NCBI RefSeq assembly: GCF_009914755.1
Contig: NC_060927.1
DNA: 64,000 bases
Reading direction: 5' to 3' (one strand)
Source of the DNA: the human T2T-CHM13v2.0 reference genome, Homo sapiens
Shown here: piece by piece, positions 1 to 15,042 of the stretch
Layout of the letters: every line of letters begins with the position of its first letter
Position numbering within the stretch: the first letter of the stretch is position 1
Notes under the pieces: model-generated
What the model was told of the DNA's origin: nothing
Seen by the model: only the letters and a program-made list of their open reading frames with translations
Database searches by the model: none
Program-made: the position numbers and the translations under genes

Positions 1-3000
1 CTTTTACCCTAGGATAGTATATCTAGCAAAAATATCCTTCAAACATGAAGCTGAAATAAAGACTTTCCCAGACAAACAAAAGCTAAATGATTTCAAGAAC
101 AGCAGAACTGTCCTACAAGAAATGATGAAGAGAGTTCTTCAATCTGAAAGAAAAGAAAGTTAATGAGCAATAACAAATCATCTAAAGATGCAACACTCAT
201 GGGTAATACTAAGTATACAGACAAACAGAGATATCATAACACTATAATTCTAGTGTGTAAACTACATATACCTTTAATAGAAAGACAAAAAGAACCGATT
301 AAAAATAATAACCACAACAGCTATTCAAAACACAGGCAATACAATAAAGTAGAAATATAAACAATAAAAAGTGTAAAAGCAGGAGGACAAAGTAAAAGCT
401 AGAGTTTTTAGTAGTTTTTTCTTCTTAGTTTGTTTATGGTATTTGTGCTAAGTTGTCATCAATTTTAAATAATGGATAATAAGATAGTACTTCCAAGACT
501 CATGGGAACATTAAATTGAAAAACTTACCGTGGATACACAAAACATAAAAAGCAATACATTAAATTATACCACCAAAGAAAATTACCATCCTAAAAGGAA
601 GAGAGGAAGGAAGAAAGAGAAGACCAGAAAAGAAACAGAAAACAAGTAACAAAATGGCAGAAGTCAGTCCCTACTTATCAATAGTAATACTGAATGTAAA
701 CAAATAAAACATTCCAATTAAAATAAATAGTGTAGCTGGATGGGTAAAAAACAAGGCACAGTGATCTGTTGCCTACAGGAAGCACACTTCACCTGTAAAG
801 ACACATGCAGACTGATAATAAAGGGGTGGAAAAAGACATTCCATGCCAATGAAAACCAAAAAAAAAGCAGGAGTTACCATACTTATATCAGACCAAATAG
901 ATCTCAAGACAAAAATCGTAAGAGACAAAACTTTCTTATATAATGATAAAGGGGGTCAATTCAGCATGAGGACATAACAGTTATAAATATATATGCACCC
1001 AACACTGGATCATCCAAATGCATAAAACAAATATTATAGATAGGGACATAGATTCCAATGCAATAATAGCTGGATACTTCAACACTCCACTTTCAATATT
1101 GGATATATCTTCCAAACAGAAAAATCAACAAATACCAGTTTTAATCTGCACTATATAACAAATGGACCTAATAGATATTTATGGAACGTTTCATCCAATG
1201 GCTACAGAATATAGATTCTTCTCCTCAGCACATCAATCATTTTCAAGGACAGAACTTACGTTAGGCCACAAAATAAGGCTTTTAAAATCCAAAAAATTCA
1301 GATTATATGAAGTATCTTCTCTGACCACAGTGGAGTAAAAACAGAATTCAATAGCACAAGGAATCTTGGAAACTATACAAACACATGGAAATTAAACAAT
1401 ATGTTTCTGAATAATCAGTGTGTCAATTAAAAAGGAAATTGAAAATTTTCTTGAAACAAATAATAATGGAAACACCACATACCAAAAGCTGGATACAGCA
1501 AAAGCAGTACTAAGAGTTGATGTCTTTAAGCACCTACATCAAAAAGCAGAAAAACTTCATTAAACAACAAGTAATGCATCTTAAAGAACTAGAAAAGCAG
1601 TAGCAAACCAAACACAAAATTGGCAGAAGAAAAGAAATAACAATCAGAGCAGAAATAAACAAAATTGAAATGAAAGCAATATGAAAGATGAATGAAGCAA
1701 AGTGTTGAAGTTTTGAAATAATGAACAAAATTGACAAAACTTTAGCCAGAATAACCAATAAATAAGGATGGAAGCCTTAAGTAAATAAAATCAGAGATGA
1801 AAAAGAAGACATTACAACTGATACCACAGAAATTCAAAGGATCATTAGTGACTACTATGACCAACTATATGCCAATAAATTGGAAAAGTTAGAAGAAATG
1901 GATAAATTCCTAGACACATACAGCCTACCAAGATTGAACCAGGAAAAAATCCAAAATCTGAACAGACCAATAATAAGTAATAAAATCAAAGCTGTAACAA
2001 AAAATCTCCCAGCAAAGCCCAGGACCCAACACCTCCACTGCTGAATTTTATCAAACATCTAAAGAAGAACTAATTACAATCCTACTCAAACTATTCCAAA
2101 AAAACAGAGGAGGAGGCACTACTTCCAAATTCCTTGTGTGAGGCCAGCATTATCATGACACCAAAACCAGACAAAGACACATCAAAAAGAGAAAACTACA
2201 ACTCAATATCCCTGATTAACATTGATGCAAAAAAAACTCTCAACAAAATACCAGCAAACCAAATTCAACAGCATATTAAAAAGATTACTAATGATGACCA
2301 AGTGAAATTTATCCCTGGGATGCAAAGGTGTTTCATCATGTACAAATCAATCAACATGATACATCATATCAACAGAATAAAGGACGAAGAGCATATGATT
2401 GTTTCAATTAATGCTGAAAAACATTTGATAAAATTTGATATTTCTTCTTGGTAAAAACCTTCAAAAACTAGGTATAAAAGGAACATACATCAACATAATA
2501 AAAGCTGTATACAAAGGACCCACAGCTAATATCATACTGAATGGGGAAAAACTGAAAACCTTTCCTCTTTGGAACATAAAAATGCCCACTTTCACTGTTA
2601 TTCAACATAGTACTGGAAGTCCTAGCTACAGCAATTAGACAAGAGAAAGTAATAAAGCGTCATCCAAATTGAAAAGGAAGAAGTAAAATTATCCTTGTTT
2701 GCAGAAGATATAATCTTGTATTTGGGAAAACCTAAAGACTCCACCAAAAAAATCTATTAGAATTAATAATAAACAAGTTCAGTAAAATTTTAGGATGCAA
2801 AATCAGCATACAAAAATCTGTAGCATTTCTATGTAAAGATGAACTATCTGAAAAATACATCAAGAATGTAATCCCATTTACATTAGATAGAAACAAACTA
2901 AGATAACTAGAAATTAACTAAAGAAGTAAAAGATTACTGTAATGAAAACTATTAATGAAAGAAATTGAAGAGGACATCAACAAATGGACAGATATTCAAT

Positions 3001-4750
3001 GTTCATGGATTGGAAGAATCAATATTGTTAGCATGTTCATACTTCCTAAAGCAATCTACAGATTCAATGCAATCCCTATCAAAATACCCATGACATTCTT
3101 CACAGAAATAGAAAAAAAAATCCTAAAAATTATATGAAAGCTCAAAAGACCCAAAATAGCCAAAGCTATTCTTAGCAGAAAGAACAAAATTGGAAGAATC
3201 ACATTACCTGACTTCAGATTACACCACAAAGCTATAGTAACCAAAACGATGTTGTAGTGGCATAAAAACAGACAGAAATATGGAACAGAATAGAGAACAC
3301 AGAAATAAATTTATACATCCACAGTTAACTCTTTTTCAACAAAGTTACCAAGAATAAACACTGGAGAAACAACAGTCTCTTCAATAAATGGTGTCAGGAA
3401 AATTGGATGTCCATACACAGAAGAATGAAAGTAGACTTCTATCTCATGTCATATAAAAAATAAAATTAAAATAGATTAAAGACTTAAAAGTAAGACCTCA
3501 TACTACGAAACTACTAAAAGGAAACATTGGAGAAACTCTGCAGGACATGGAATGGGGCAAAGATTTCTTGAGTAATATCCTATAAACATAGGCAACCAAA
3601 GCAAAAATGCACAAATAGGATTACATCAAGTTAAGAAGCTTCTGCACAGTGAATGAAAAAATCAACAAAGTAAAGATAACCCACAGAGTGGGAGAAAATA
3701 TTTGCAAACTACCTGTCAAGGGATTAATAACCATAATATATAAGGAGCTCAAACAACTCTATAGGAAAAAGTCTAATAATTTAACTTAAAAATGTGTAAA
3801 ATATATGAATAGATATTTCTCAAAAGAAGACATACAAATGGCAAACAGGCATACGAAGAGGTGCTCAACATAATTGATTATCAGAGGAAGGCAAATGAAA
3901 ACTAGAATGAGACAGCATCTCACCCCAGTTAAAATGGCTTATATCCCAAAGACAGGCAATCACAAATGGTGGTAAGGATGTGAAGGAAAGGGAAACATCG
4001 TACACTGTTGGTGGTGACGTAACTTATTATAGCCACTATGAAGGACATTTTGGAAGTTCCTCAAAAAACTAAAAATAGAGCTACCATGTGATCTGGCAAT
4101 CCCACTGCTGGGTATATACCCAAAAAGAATGGAAATCAGTATATCAAAGAGATATCTGGATTCCCATGTTTATGACAGCAGTGTCTACAATAGCCAATAT
4201 TTGGAAGCAACGTAAGTGTCCATTAGCAGAGGAGTGCACAGAAAAAATGTAGTATACAAAATAATGAGATCCTGTCATTTGTAATAACATGGTTGGAGCT
4301 GGAGGTCACTATGTTAAGCGAAATAAGCCAGGCACAGAAAGTCATATTTCATATGTTCTCATTTATTTGTGAGAGCTGTTTTTTTTTTAATGGAACTCCT
4401 GGAGATAGAGAGTAGAACAATATTTACCAGAAGCTGGGAAGGGTTGTTGGGGGAAGGAGGAGAGTTAATGGGCACAAAAATGTAGTTAGAATAAATATGA
4501 TCTAGTATTTGATAGCACAACAGGGTGACTATGGTCAACAATAATTTATTGAACATTTCAAAATAACAAAAAAGAGTACAGGGGCTTGTTTGTAACACAA
4601 AGAAAGGATAAATGCATGAATTGATGGATACCCCATTTATCCTGATGTGATTATTATGCATTGTATGCCTGTATCAAAATATCTCATATACCCGATAAAT
4701 ATATATATACCTACTATGTACCCACAAAAATTAAATACTAAAAAAAATTA
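1..4750 (+). mobile_element. LINE-1, L1MA1-3-like, decayed; 5' part runs off the window
   Basis: ORF1 C-terminal remnant (1-~165), long inter-ORF spacer, ORF2 remnants (ICCLQEAHFTCKDT; FAEDIILYL at ~2695-2725; [12 protein letters not shown]), and an L1MA-type 3' UTR (tttgatagcacaacagggtgacta...cctactatgtacccacaaaaatt) with an A-rich tail. Confidence 0.93.
654..4380 (+). pseudogene. Disrupted L1 ORF2 (endonuclease/reverse transcriptase)
   Basis: Starts atggcagaagtcagtccctac (MAEVSPYLSI-like). ORF-track fragments 740-943, 2134-2454, 2435-2638 and 2955-3137 are ORF2-like, with many stops and frameshifts between them. Confidence 0.88.
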
Positions 4751-5634
4751 TATGTATATTCTGATTGATAAAGCTTGCTAAGATTTTCCAGGGTGAGAGA
4801 TTTTGCTTTTACTTTTAAAAAAATTTTGACCAGATATTTTCTTTGTAAGAAAACTATTACTTAAATATCACACATATATTATTTTATTGTATATAATAAA
4901 CTTTTTATTTTCTGCAATTACCTTAAAATAAAAAGTATGCCTTTTATTGCAAATAAGAGAGAATACAATGAAAATAAGTTTCATGGCAAATCGGTGAGAT
5001 TTTCCCTACTTGATCTCTGCTTTCATGCTTTATAATTTGCACAGAATCCTAAGAACAATGATAGCTAAATGCTTATTCTTGTTCCATTTTTCTTCTTTAT
5101 TCCTCTACTTGGAACTTTTAAATATACAGAATGACTTTTATAATCCTGTAGAGAAGATGGTTCACTATTTATAGCAATCTCAGTTATCACAAGGAAAGTA
5201 CTATATGCTTTGCCCTGCAAATGTGCATAACAAATTTCCTATAATGTTAATATCATGGTCTTTGAGTGAAAAATTCATTCTTGCTTAGGGTTTATATTTT
5301 TCCACATAAGGAGGCACTCTTTCCTCTGCCAAGACAAAATGTGGCATGGAACGAATTCAAAGAAAATAACCTTTCCTAACACATTAATATTTTTGAATAA
5401 AAGGGATGAATAAAATGTAAAAATAGATATGGATCAAAAATAAGAATATGAAAAATAGTCATTTATTTCTATTCTCCAATTTGACTTTTCAAGCACTAGA
5501 GTTACCCTTTTTAAAGTTTTACTAACACTTTCAACCATGAATTCAACAATTTATTTACTTAAGATGAGGAATCATAAATATAGAAATCAAAATTTTGATC
5601 ATAAACATTTAAATGTATATATTATCATCTCTTC

Positions 5635-5750
5635 CATTTATTCACTTGTTAATTTTTTATTTTATGTTTACTATCTGCAGGCATATGCTAGGTGTTTGCA
5701 ACACATTGTTGAACAAAAGCCATGTGGTACCTGCCTGCTTTGAACTTCTA
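5635..5750 (-). mobile_element. L2 3' fragment
   Basis: tactatctgcaggcatatgctaggtg...gaacaaaagcc resembles the reverse complement of the L2 3' end. Confidence 0.45.
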
Positions 5751-6068
5751 TTTGCTCATAGGTTTTAAATCTTCATGAGGTCACAGATCTTTGGCCTACG
5801 CATTTTAGTTCCCCTCATGTCCAGCACAGGACTCTCAATTTATCTTATCTATTTCTTTCTTCACTCTTTTTTCAAAGAAATTTTCTTCTTTTTTTGAGGA
5901 GATCATTATCTACCTTGATGACGGAAACTTGTGTGTTTTGTGTGCCTCTGCAAAGTCAGTATTAGAATAATGTCAAGGACAATCAATCCAGGCATATACT
6001 GGGCACTCAATAAATGCTTATTAAATAAATAGATGGATAAATGTAGTTCTTATTTTAAAAATATTATT

Positions 6069-6361
<293 letters not shown>

Positions 6362-6942
6362 CACCTCAGAAGTATTTGGTATCAAAATGCAAAATATGAT
6401 ACCCCCATTCAAAATAAAAATAATTGTAAATAATCTGCAACACGGGTTAGATTGTTTTGAGTATGTATTAGTGGAAATTCTAAGAAAAAGACTCGTAGCA
6501 AAAATAAACCCAAAAAATCTTTTTGCCATCAGTTATTTTATAAATTTTAAAATGAAAGGAATAGGAACATTCTTTCAATCTAATCAGAGTCAGTGATTTT
6601 TAAAGTCCTGTATGATCTTCATACCATATCCTTAATGTTATGAAACTTTTTACTTTTGATTCATATTTATTAAGCACTTATGGTATACAGGCAATTATAT
6701 ATTCCATCATTAATATAATAATCCCATTATAACCTGTATCTCTATAAAGTCTATACCTCACTCTGCTTTGAATTGGAATCATGTGTCTATATCCCTCATT
6801 AGATTTTAATGACTTTTAAAGATTGCACCCATGTATTTTTCTTAAATGAGCCTACTTAAATATTTAAGAAATTTTAGAGAAAATTTTGGTCACTCTCTTT
6901 CTTTTGTATATCCAGAAAACTGAAAAAAAATGTAGCATCAAA

Positions 6943-7368
6943 AGTGGCAGACACTGCCTACAAAGATACCGTTTTACATTTCAGAACTCTGACTACCCCC
7001 GCCCTACTTATTGAACAACAATATGCTCAGGAATGATGAGTCCTCTACTGCCTCAAGAGGGTGATTTAAGTCTAAACCAATCAGTGTAACTCCATGTCTT
7101 TTGCTGGTGATTCATTTAGGCATATGCAAAAGTCATAGTCCTGGACAAATATATGAAACTGTTCTTTCTCAGATATGAAACCATTCTTTCTCTCTCTCCT
7201 TCCCTCTCTTGCTATCCCTCTCCTGCTCTCTGGCCTCACTGAGCTACTAAATTAACAAACAGCTTTATCTCTATGTGTGTTGTTACGTAAGAATATAAAT
7301 TCATTTGTCTCATGCCAATGGAGTTGAGTTCTTTGTCATTCACAGACAAAAGCGTCCTGACTGAAATA
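6943..7368 (+). mobile_element. Old MaLR LTR remnant (MLT1J/K/L-like)
   Basis: Internal aaaccaatcag..ctccat motif and an MLT1-like terminus (aaagcgtcctgactgaaata). Confidence 0.5.
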
Positions 7369-10059
7369 GAATTTAGCTGATAGAGCAGAAGTGTATCGTT
7401 TGTTGCATAAGATATAGCTGCCTTATGATAGCTAGGGAAATAATTTTACTGTTTCCGAAGGTTATATGTTGAATTTGAACAATAAAGAAGATGTCTAGAG
7501 TAGACTATTTTCTACCCAAAATCACATCTTCTTTTCTATATCTAGGGAATCTTTCCCCTTATAAAGGGAAGCAAAAAGAAAAAATCCAAATACTGATTTC
7601 CTTGTCCTCCTTTCTTAAACGGATGAAAGTATAGGCACATAAACTTGTATATTGTTTCAAGTGTGGATTCAGGAACTAGCTATGTAGAAGAGAGAAGAAA
7701 ATCATGCTGGCAAGGGAGGCTTTCAGGTAACAGTAAACCCAGTGTCCAGTATGGATGGCATTAATGGTACAATCCTAGTATTATCATGAGAATCATTCTG
7801 TGATATGGTTTCAGGCTTGTTTTGGCTTCATAGGCTCTAACATTAGATCTTGTGTCTTCTTGGAGATATAGAATATCCTTGTTTTCATATCCTTTCTCAG
7901 ATTAAATTAGTCATATATAATTTTGTTGCTTGCAAAGAAAAGCTTTGACTAAAGTATTAATTTCTGAGAGCCTCATAGGAAATTATTCACAGAACTCAGA
8001 TGCTCAGATGAGAACCTGGTTTCTGGTTTAATTTAATTGAATGTAGAGATCAAACAAAAAACAAAAAAGGAACAATGCAAGCATTTAAAAAACTGACTCT
8101 GTAAAAGAAAGACAAATCATGCACACTAGCACCCTACCAAAGCAATGCAATATTGTAAGTGTGTCAGAGGAGGAGTATGGGCAGTGGTAGGCCAAGGTTC
8201 TGAGTAGAAATCACATCTCTGAGACTATTTGAGATGGTTTTCAGACTGAATTGAAATGTTTCTTGGAACACGTTTTAAGATGTCTGATTTCACAGGTTTT
8301 AGTATGGTTAAGATAACCATTATGAAGTAATCAATTAAATCCAAGCAAAGGTAGATTTATAGTGGCTAGACTGAGAGATCAGAGTACTTTATAACCCCAA
8401 ATTGTGAAAATTATAATTTTGCCTTTCTTTTTAGGTTATCCCATCTCCAACTCATACCTACAACTCCTGGAATACCAGGAGTTTAAACCTTGGAATTATT
8501 CACTAGAATGAATCATTATAGTGTTTACAAGGCACAGTGACTAATAAACTCAGCACAGTTTTCCTGTTAGTCATTTTAAAACTTTCTTAACAAGATGTTC
8601 TTTGAGGTACCTGTGTTAAAACATTGTAACGCCTGGGAAACCATGCACTCTCCCATGAAAGGGAACTCAAAACCAGAACATCACAGTAAAATTTGACATC
8701 TTAAAATGAACCCTGCCATAGGCTGATAGTTTAGAATCATACAATTTCAGAATTGGAAAGTAACTTGATCTTCTGGTCTGTTGGTTCTAATGACTTGCTA
8801 TATATCTAAATCACTTTTGCAGCTTGAAAAATTCTAGACCTCAACTCAGTTAATGTCACCAGATTTAGGAAGCACTAACCCACCTAGATAGCTCCAACTA
8901 CACAGCCTTCAGAATTACCAAGACACATTGTGGATAAAAAACCGATTTATTGATTATCTTAAAATATATGGGGGAATCATTTTTAATAATTACCTCTTCC
9001 CTATTTTGATGAGTTTATAAGAAATGACCCAAACAAAAGGAGGGCAAACAGCTGTAAAGTTGGAAAAACATAGAACATCCAAACGTTCTTTTGTTTTCAA
9101 CGAAATAATAAGAACAGCCAACTCTAGCATTTAAATCTTTCTCATATGCAAAATACATTTACGATCCTGAGAAAACAAACTGTGAAAATTGAGAATAAGA
9201 CATCTAAGCTACCTTCTGCTGTTCTGGAAAAAATAATGTCACATTACTGTATTGGGCAGAATTTGTTGTGAAAAACAACATAAGACTCCATGTGAATTAC
9301 AAAATTTTTCTCAGCAAAAGAAAAATTAATCAAGATAGAAGGGAAAGAATATGGTAAAAATGCCAGTCACACCCTTGCTGTCTATATGAAGAGCCTTCTC
9401 TCTGTTATTATTAATTTAATTTGCTGTTTCATTTGTTAAATTGTATTCAGGCATTTTATATGGCACTGATTTCCAAGGCTTCATGTTAGATACCTGTCCA
9501 ACTACTAGGGTAGAGCAGCACCTGATATACTCCTTAAATTTCAATGCATTTCTTTTCAGAAGGGAATTAGTGGCCAAATCCTAACCTGGTTTTTGCCCTA
9601 CATATTCATTATTCAGGTTGAATTTCCCAAATATAAAATTTGGAGTAGGATGGTAAAAGATAAAATTGTCCAAAGACTCCCTAAAGTTTTTAAGTCCATT
9701 TACTATTCTAAATTCATTAATGTGAATGGATAGAAAAAATGATTCCTTTTGAACATACGTATACAATAGCTACTGAGTCTTCTGAGTGGACAGAACTAAG
9801 ATGCCTTTACAAGACAGAGGCTTTTCCTAAAGACACAGAAAACATTATCAAGCAGTGTCCTCAGAAATTGTCTTTGCTGTCTGACCAACTCTGCTGCATC
9901 AATTCCAGTTCAGAAGAATGAGTTTTATCAGTTTTAAATGGAATTGAAAAGCATAGATGACATACAAATAGAATGGAACAACTATTCGTTGAGTCCTGCA
10001 ATTTACCCAGAATACCCAGAGGCTCCTAGGAATTAGCTGGTAGGATACAGGCCAACATT

Positions 10060-10535
10060 TTTAACATGGCCTATGTAATCAGTCCCTGCCTGCCTGTCCT
10101 TTAGACATTATCTTGGATCCTACCCCCTTGCTCTCTCAACTTGGGCAACAGTGGCATGTTTATCCTTTCTCAGAGTCCTCTCAGCATAAACCTCTGCACA
10201 TTATTATCTGTGTAGTATGGTCTTCTCCACTACTTCATGTCACCAGTTAATTTTTAATTTTCCATAAGATATCATCAGCTCAGGTTTTTTTCTTTTTATA
10301 ACCAGGTTGGATTTATCTATTAGATGCTTTAATCATGCTTTAGCCTTTGCTTCACTTACCACGGTTGTAATTTTGCACGTGCTTTTGGCAGTTATTTCAG
10401 TAATATTTGTCTCCTTCATTAGATTTTAATCTTTGTGAGGGCAAGTCCATGTCTGCTTTGCTCTCCATTTTATCTCAAATATTGGGCACAGAATCTTACA
10501 TAAGGTGACATGAGTTAAATATTTGTTAATGCCTG
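10060..10535 (+). mobile_element. L2 3' fragment
   Basis: tgtctccttcattagattttaatctttgtgagggcaag...ggcacag...aaatatttgttaatg matches L2 3'-end motifs. Confidence 0.65.
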
Positions 10536-10770
10536 GATTAACCACATTAATAACTCGCCATATAATAATATTCCTTCAAATAGATTAAGAAACCAACAAT
10601 TAGAGAAAACTAGTATTTTGCCAGAATGATCACAGCTATAAAAACTAAACAAACGATGTCCAGCCAAATTATCAGAATCTAATTTCAGTGGCTTTTCTCT
10701 CCTGCAAAAGTCCAGTCCTTTTAAGGGATCATATCAGTTAAGCTTTCAGCATCAGTGAGTGTAAGCAAAC

Positions 10771-11336
10771 TGTCTATTGTCAATGTTTTCAGCCAGAAAA
10801 ACACCAGAAGCATATCTATATTGAACAAACTAGTTTTATTACTCATTGCAATGGGAAATCATGACGTGTCTCATGGGGAATCATGGTGTGTCTCCATGAG
10901 ACGGTGGTAGAAAGAACTTAATATAGGGTTTAGACTTTGTTTTGAAAGAGAGTTTAGGAGAAGGTGAAAGGAAGTGGGAATTTCAGAAAGCAGGGTAATT
11001 CTGTGATTGCGCATCTTAACAAATCTGATATATGTATAGAGAGAGAGAGAGAGACAGAGAGAGAAGACCAGAATGATGATAAAATTATCCTTGGTAAAAA
11101 ATAGAGGTTATTTCTTTAGGACAAGAAAGGAGGAGTTGAGTTTTTGATAGATATTACAGTGATCTTGTTTTTGTCTGTGCTTAGACAAAATGATGACGTA
11201 AGTAGCCTTGCTTTTTCTCATCTTATCATGGCCTCAATGTACCCTTTCTCTGGAATTAGTATGTTGTAAAATTGTTTATGTTTAATAGGAGAATTATATC
11301 GCTAGCTGAGAGTGCCAAGTCAGCATTTCAATGTCA
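10771..11336 (-). mobile_element. Old ERV1-class solo LTR (MER89/MER90-like; family uncertain)
   Basis: TG...CA termini, a minus-strand poly(A) signal (ttttatt at ~10835) and LTR-like composition; internal (GA)n at 11039-11064. Confidence 0.45.
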
Positions 11337-11696
11337 GGGGTTGTTTTTTCTTTGTTGCTGTTGTTGTTGTTGTTTTTTCTCTCTCTCCACCAGTATAATA
11401 AGATTCAGTGCAGTTAAATATGTGGGAAAGTATTTAAAGATGGAAATTTGAGATTGATCAGCACATAGAATTTTCAGATGATTCCACCTCCCTCCTGAAG
11501 AAGAAAAAGAAGAATGGATTTCATGCAATTATTAGATGACATACACATTTAAGGGAAGAAAAAGGAGATGAGGAAAGTAGGCAATGAATTGTCAGAGCAT
11601 CATTAGAATTGCTATTATAATATTTTCATTTGCCTTTAAACAAATGTATAGGAAAAGATTGTAATTATTTACTAAAGTACCTAAGGCAATGAGGTA

Positions 11697-12360
11697 GATG
11701 CAGTAATTCACAGTCATATCTCCCTTCAAGATAATTAACTTACTTCAGCTCCTGGAAATACTGTCAGAAGAAATTTTCCAGCTTCCAGCACATTTAAAAA
11801 GTTGCCTAGGCTGAAGAGAGTCACCTCATACAAGGTCATGCAACTTTCTTCCTACAGCCTGTTTCCAATAACTAATTGATACACGAGTATAAAGATTCTT
11901 TCTGTCCTATCACCCCATCTCAGGACATCTATGAACTATTGTCTCCATTTCAGAACTTCATGTAGTTTGGTTGAGGCCTCTGTTGTAACTATATCAGAAT
12001 TTCAGTTTCTTTCTCTGCATAATCCTGATTTCTTACTTTCCTTCTACAGGGTTGACCACAAGAACGTTCCTTAACAAATTTCCTTCACACTAATCTCTGA
12101 GTCAGAGTATGCTTCACAGTAAACTCAAGCTGCAACGGTTGGGCCAGAAGTGATTGGAGAGAGCAGACATAGATATGGGATCATCATGCTGGATGACCCA
12201 ACCCCCAACAACTAACAATGACTCCATCACTGGTGGCAGGTAGAGCACAGAGAGCTCTGGCATAAAGTAGCAGTGTGATGGTTAAGTTGTTAAATTTAGA
12301 TGGTTAAAACCGTTCCCAGTGGTGAACTGGCATACTAAGTCAGTAGAAGAGTTTGTATTA
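11697..12360 (+). mobile_element. ERVL LTR16-like LTR followed by the start of internal sequence (ERV3-16A3-like)
   Basis: caaggtcatgc..tcct, TATA-like agtataaag, LTR16-type end (cactaatctctgagtcagagtatgcttc...caagctgcaac at ~12136), then gttgggccagaagtg. Confidence 0.6.
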
Positions 12361-12363
12361 GAG

Positions 12364-12560
12364 CAAGGTTTCTCAATTTCAGCTCTGTCGGTATTTCCTG
12401 CCAGATAATTATTTGTTGTGAGGAGCTATGTTGTGAATTACAGGATGTTTAGCAGTATCCCTGGCCCCTACCCACTAGACATCAGTCACCCACTCCCCCA
12501 AACCACCCCCCACTCATCAGCTTTGACAATGAAAATTATTTCTAGACTTTGCCAAATGTG
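12364..12560 (-). mobile_element. MER20 (hAT-Charlie DNA transposon)
   Basis: caaggtttctcaa...aggatgtttagcagtatccctggcccctacccactaga...tctagactttgccaaatgt is the reverse complement of MER20 motifs. Confidence 0.85.
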
Positions 12561-13844
12561 CTTTCTACCTCTCATCTCCCTGACTCTGCTTATTTAGCCT
12601 TCAACCACGTGTGTCCTCTTCATTTCTGCCTGTCAATTTCCTGCCCTTCCTCTGGACCTTTGGCTCAATGCCAAATCCACTTAAATTCTTCTGAGATATC
12701 AAAGTCACAAGACTTTTTCCTTGCCATTTCACATTTACCCTTCATTCTGTATAACCTGAATGAATCATGCTTCGCTAGTACTAATATGCATCCACTTGTA
12801 TTAATGTCCATTTTATAACTGTGAGTTTCCACATGCTTTACTTGTAATTTCAGTATTCAGTAGATTTCTCCCTGGTGTTTGTTTCAGGAAACTCAGTGTT
12901 GATTCCATCAGTCTTAGTCATCTTTCAGTGTTAATGCTACCAGTTAATAAATTAGGAACTCGCTTCTGATGATGATCATGAGTTCAGCAGTTCAACACAG
13001 ATCATTTAGTATCCATTCGTAATTCCAACAGCTCTAAGTATGCAATGCCTCTCATGCTGGCTTATGGTACTTGCTTTCACAGTGCAAATACTCACCAATT
13101 TGCTGAAGTTAAAGTTGCTCTAGTGACAGGAGGAGAATATTTTACCACTTTGTCTATCTGAATGTCTCCCAGCAAAACCCAAGCAAGTGGGCACTAATGT
13201 GTTACATCTCTCAATGGTATAGGTCTTTCCGGTTAAATACACACCATTATTCCTCAGGAAACACACATGCTGCAGGTATGTCTGAGTCAGGAATTATTTC
13301 TGTGTTTGCACTCCCCTAAACTCAAAACCAACACTCCTCCTTAACCTTTATTTCTAGGGCTACCCCCTGTTCCACCATTTCGCTTTGTATTTGTACTTTT
13401 TCAGGGATGTCCTTGTGTATCAGTGTGTCTGATTATTCTTGAAACTCAGTGGTGCTAGGTAAACCACAGAAAGTATTTAATATGTAGGTTTAGTCTGAGC
13501 ATTCAGATTGTCAGTATTCAGGCTCTTTTTCTTCTCAGGAAATGCTTTTTTTTTCCCCCCGCCAAACAGATGGTGATGCAGATGGGTTTGTACAGGGAGG
13601 AGTTCCTCCTAATTCTTCTTGCCAGAAATATATGACCCTCAGTTTACATTGAATAATGGATATTTATCGTGATTTAACTTTTTATGACATTCTCTTACTC
13701 ACTGAAGAAGTAAAAATATTATCTCTGTGTAAAACTTTCAGAATACTAAGCATGTTGACTTGTATTTGCTTGTTATAAACATTAAATTATATTGATTTAG
13801 AGTATCGGCCTATTAACATGGATATAATAACCTATAAGTTAGTT

Positions 13845-14022
13845 TATAGATGTAGAACTCAAGGCATCTTTCAAATAATCTTATAGAACTTTTTTATAGA
13901 TTATAAACTACTACTGACCTCCCAGAGTTGGAGAGTTACTTGCCCAAGACTTACTTCTTGACAGATATGGAGTGAAATCCAAGTTTTCTGACTCTTAGCC
14001 CAGGACTCTTTTCTCTGCACTG
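13845..14022 (-). mobile_element. MIR fragment
   Basis: gttacttgcccaagac...aaatccaagttttctgactcttagcccaggactcttttc. Confidence 0.6.
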
Positions 14023-15042
14023 GGTATTGTCCTTTTTTAGTGTAGCCAAGTTTAAAGTTTAAGTCTAGTTTCTAACTTCTCCTATACTATTTACTATTAG
14101 AAAAGTTAATGGTCAAAATATGATTTTGTCATTCAAATGATAAACCTTCTATTCAGATTTGGACTAAGTAAGTGGCTAATCCTGAAATTATCAGACATGA
14201 AACGTAATGAACAATATGGAAAATATCTTTCTATATATGACTTCACACTATAATTGGTAAACAGCTGCAGACTGTATCCATCTCTCCCTTGGGTTCTCAT
14301 GGCATTCTGTTATTTCACTCCTGTAAGGTTTATTTTCCTTTTCCATACTATGTCGGCCTTTTGAGGTCAAGGGCAATGAATATTTATTAAAGGGAAATAA
14401 TAAGGATGCTATATAATTATTTTTGAATGACATTAAATAAAGTTAATTTACAGAGAGTAATTGGTAGAGCTTGCTTCAATTCTTCTAGTTTAGTTACTAC
14501 GGTACCTTCATATGTGCTTTTCAATAGTTCTTCACAACATCACGTTTCTAAGTCAGTGTCCCATAGAAACTTCCACCTGAAAAAGACTAATCGAATTGTG
14601 GCATTTTGCAATTGGGAATTCGTTTCAATAGGAGTATATGTATAATTACTGTCCAAGATTTCACAATGCAGTCATGCCTTTGACTTGAACCCAGATATTT
14701 GTATGGCCAGGAACATTTCTTACAATAGAGAGAATGTACGGCTGCCTCATTTTATTGGTACAGAAAAGGCCATATATTTAAAGTACTTGTTGATAACTAC
14801 ATAATTTATCAGCATTGGAGCCAGGCACAGGATGCTGTCTTCTTGTTACTTTTAAAATAACAGTAAAGTTCGTTTGCTTTAGTAATTGACCTCCTTACAT
14901 GACCTTTAAGGTTGCTTGAACCTACTCAAGGTACAATGTATCCCCTGCTCTAGACCTAAAGGAGTTAAATGGTTATAAAAAGCAATGCTAAGAGACAACA
15001 TCTGCTGTCAGAGCTTCTCCTCTGAATAAAGGGATACAGGCC

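Noticed and set aside
8462-8483. 9-bp perfect hairpin aactcctgg-aata-ccaggagtt resembling a terminator (similar 10-bp hairpin at 37648-37675)
   Set aside because: Intrinsic terminators are not relevant in this eukaryotic context, and short stems of this size are expected occasionally in 64 kb.
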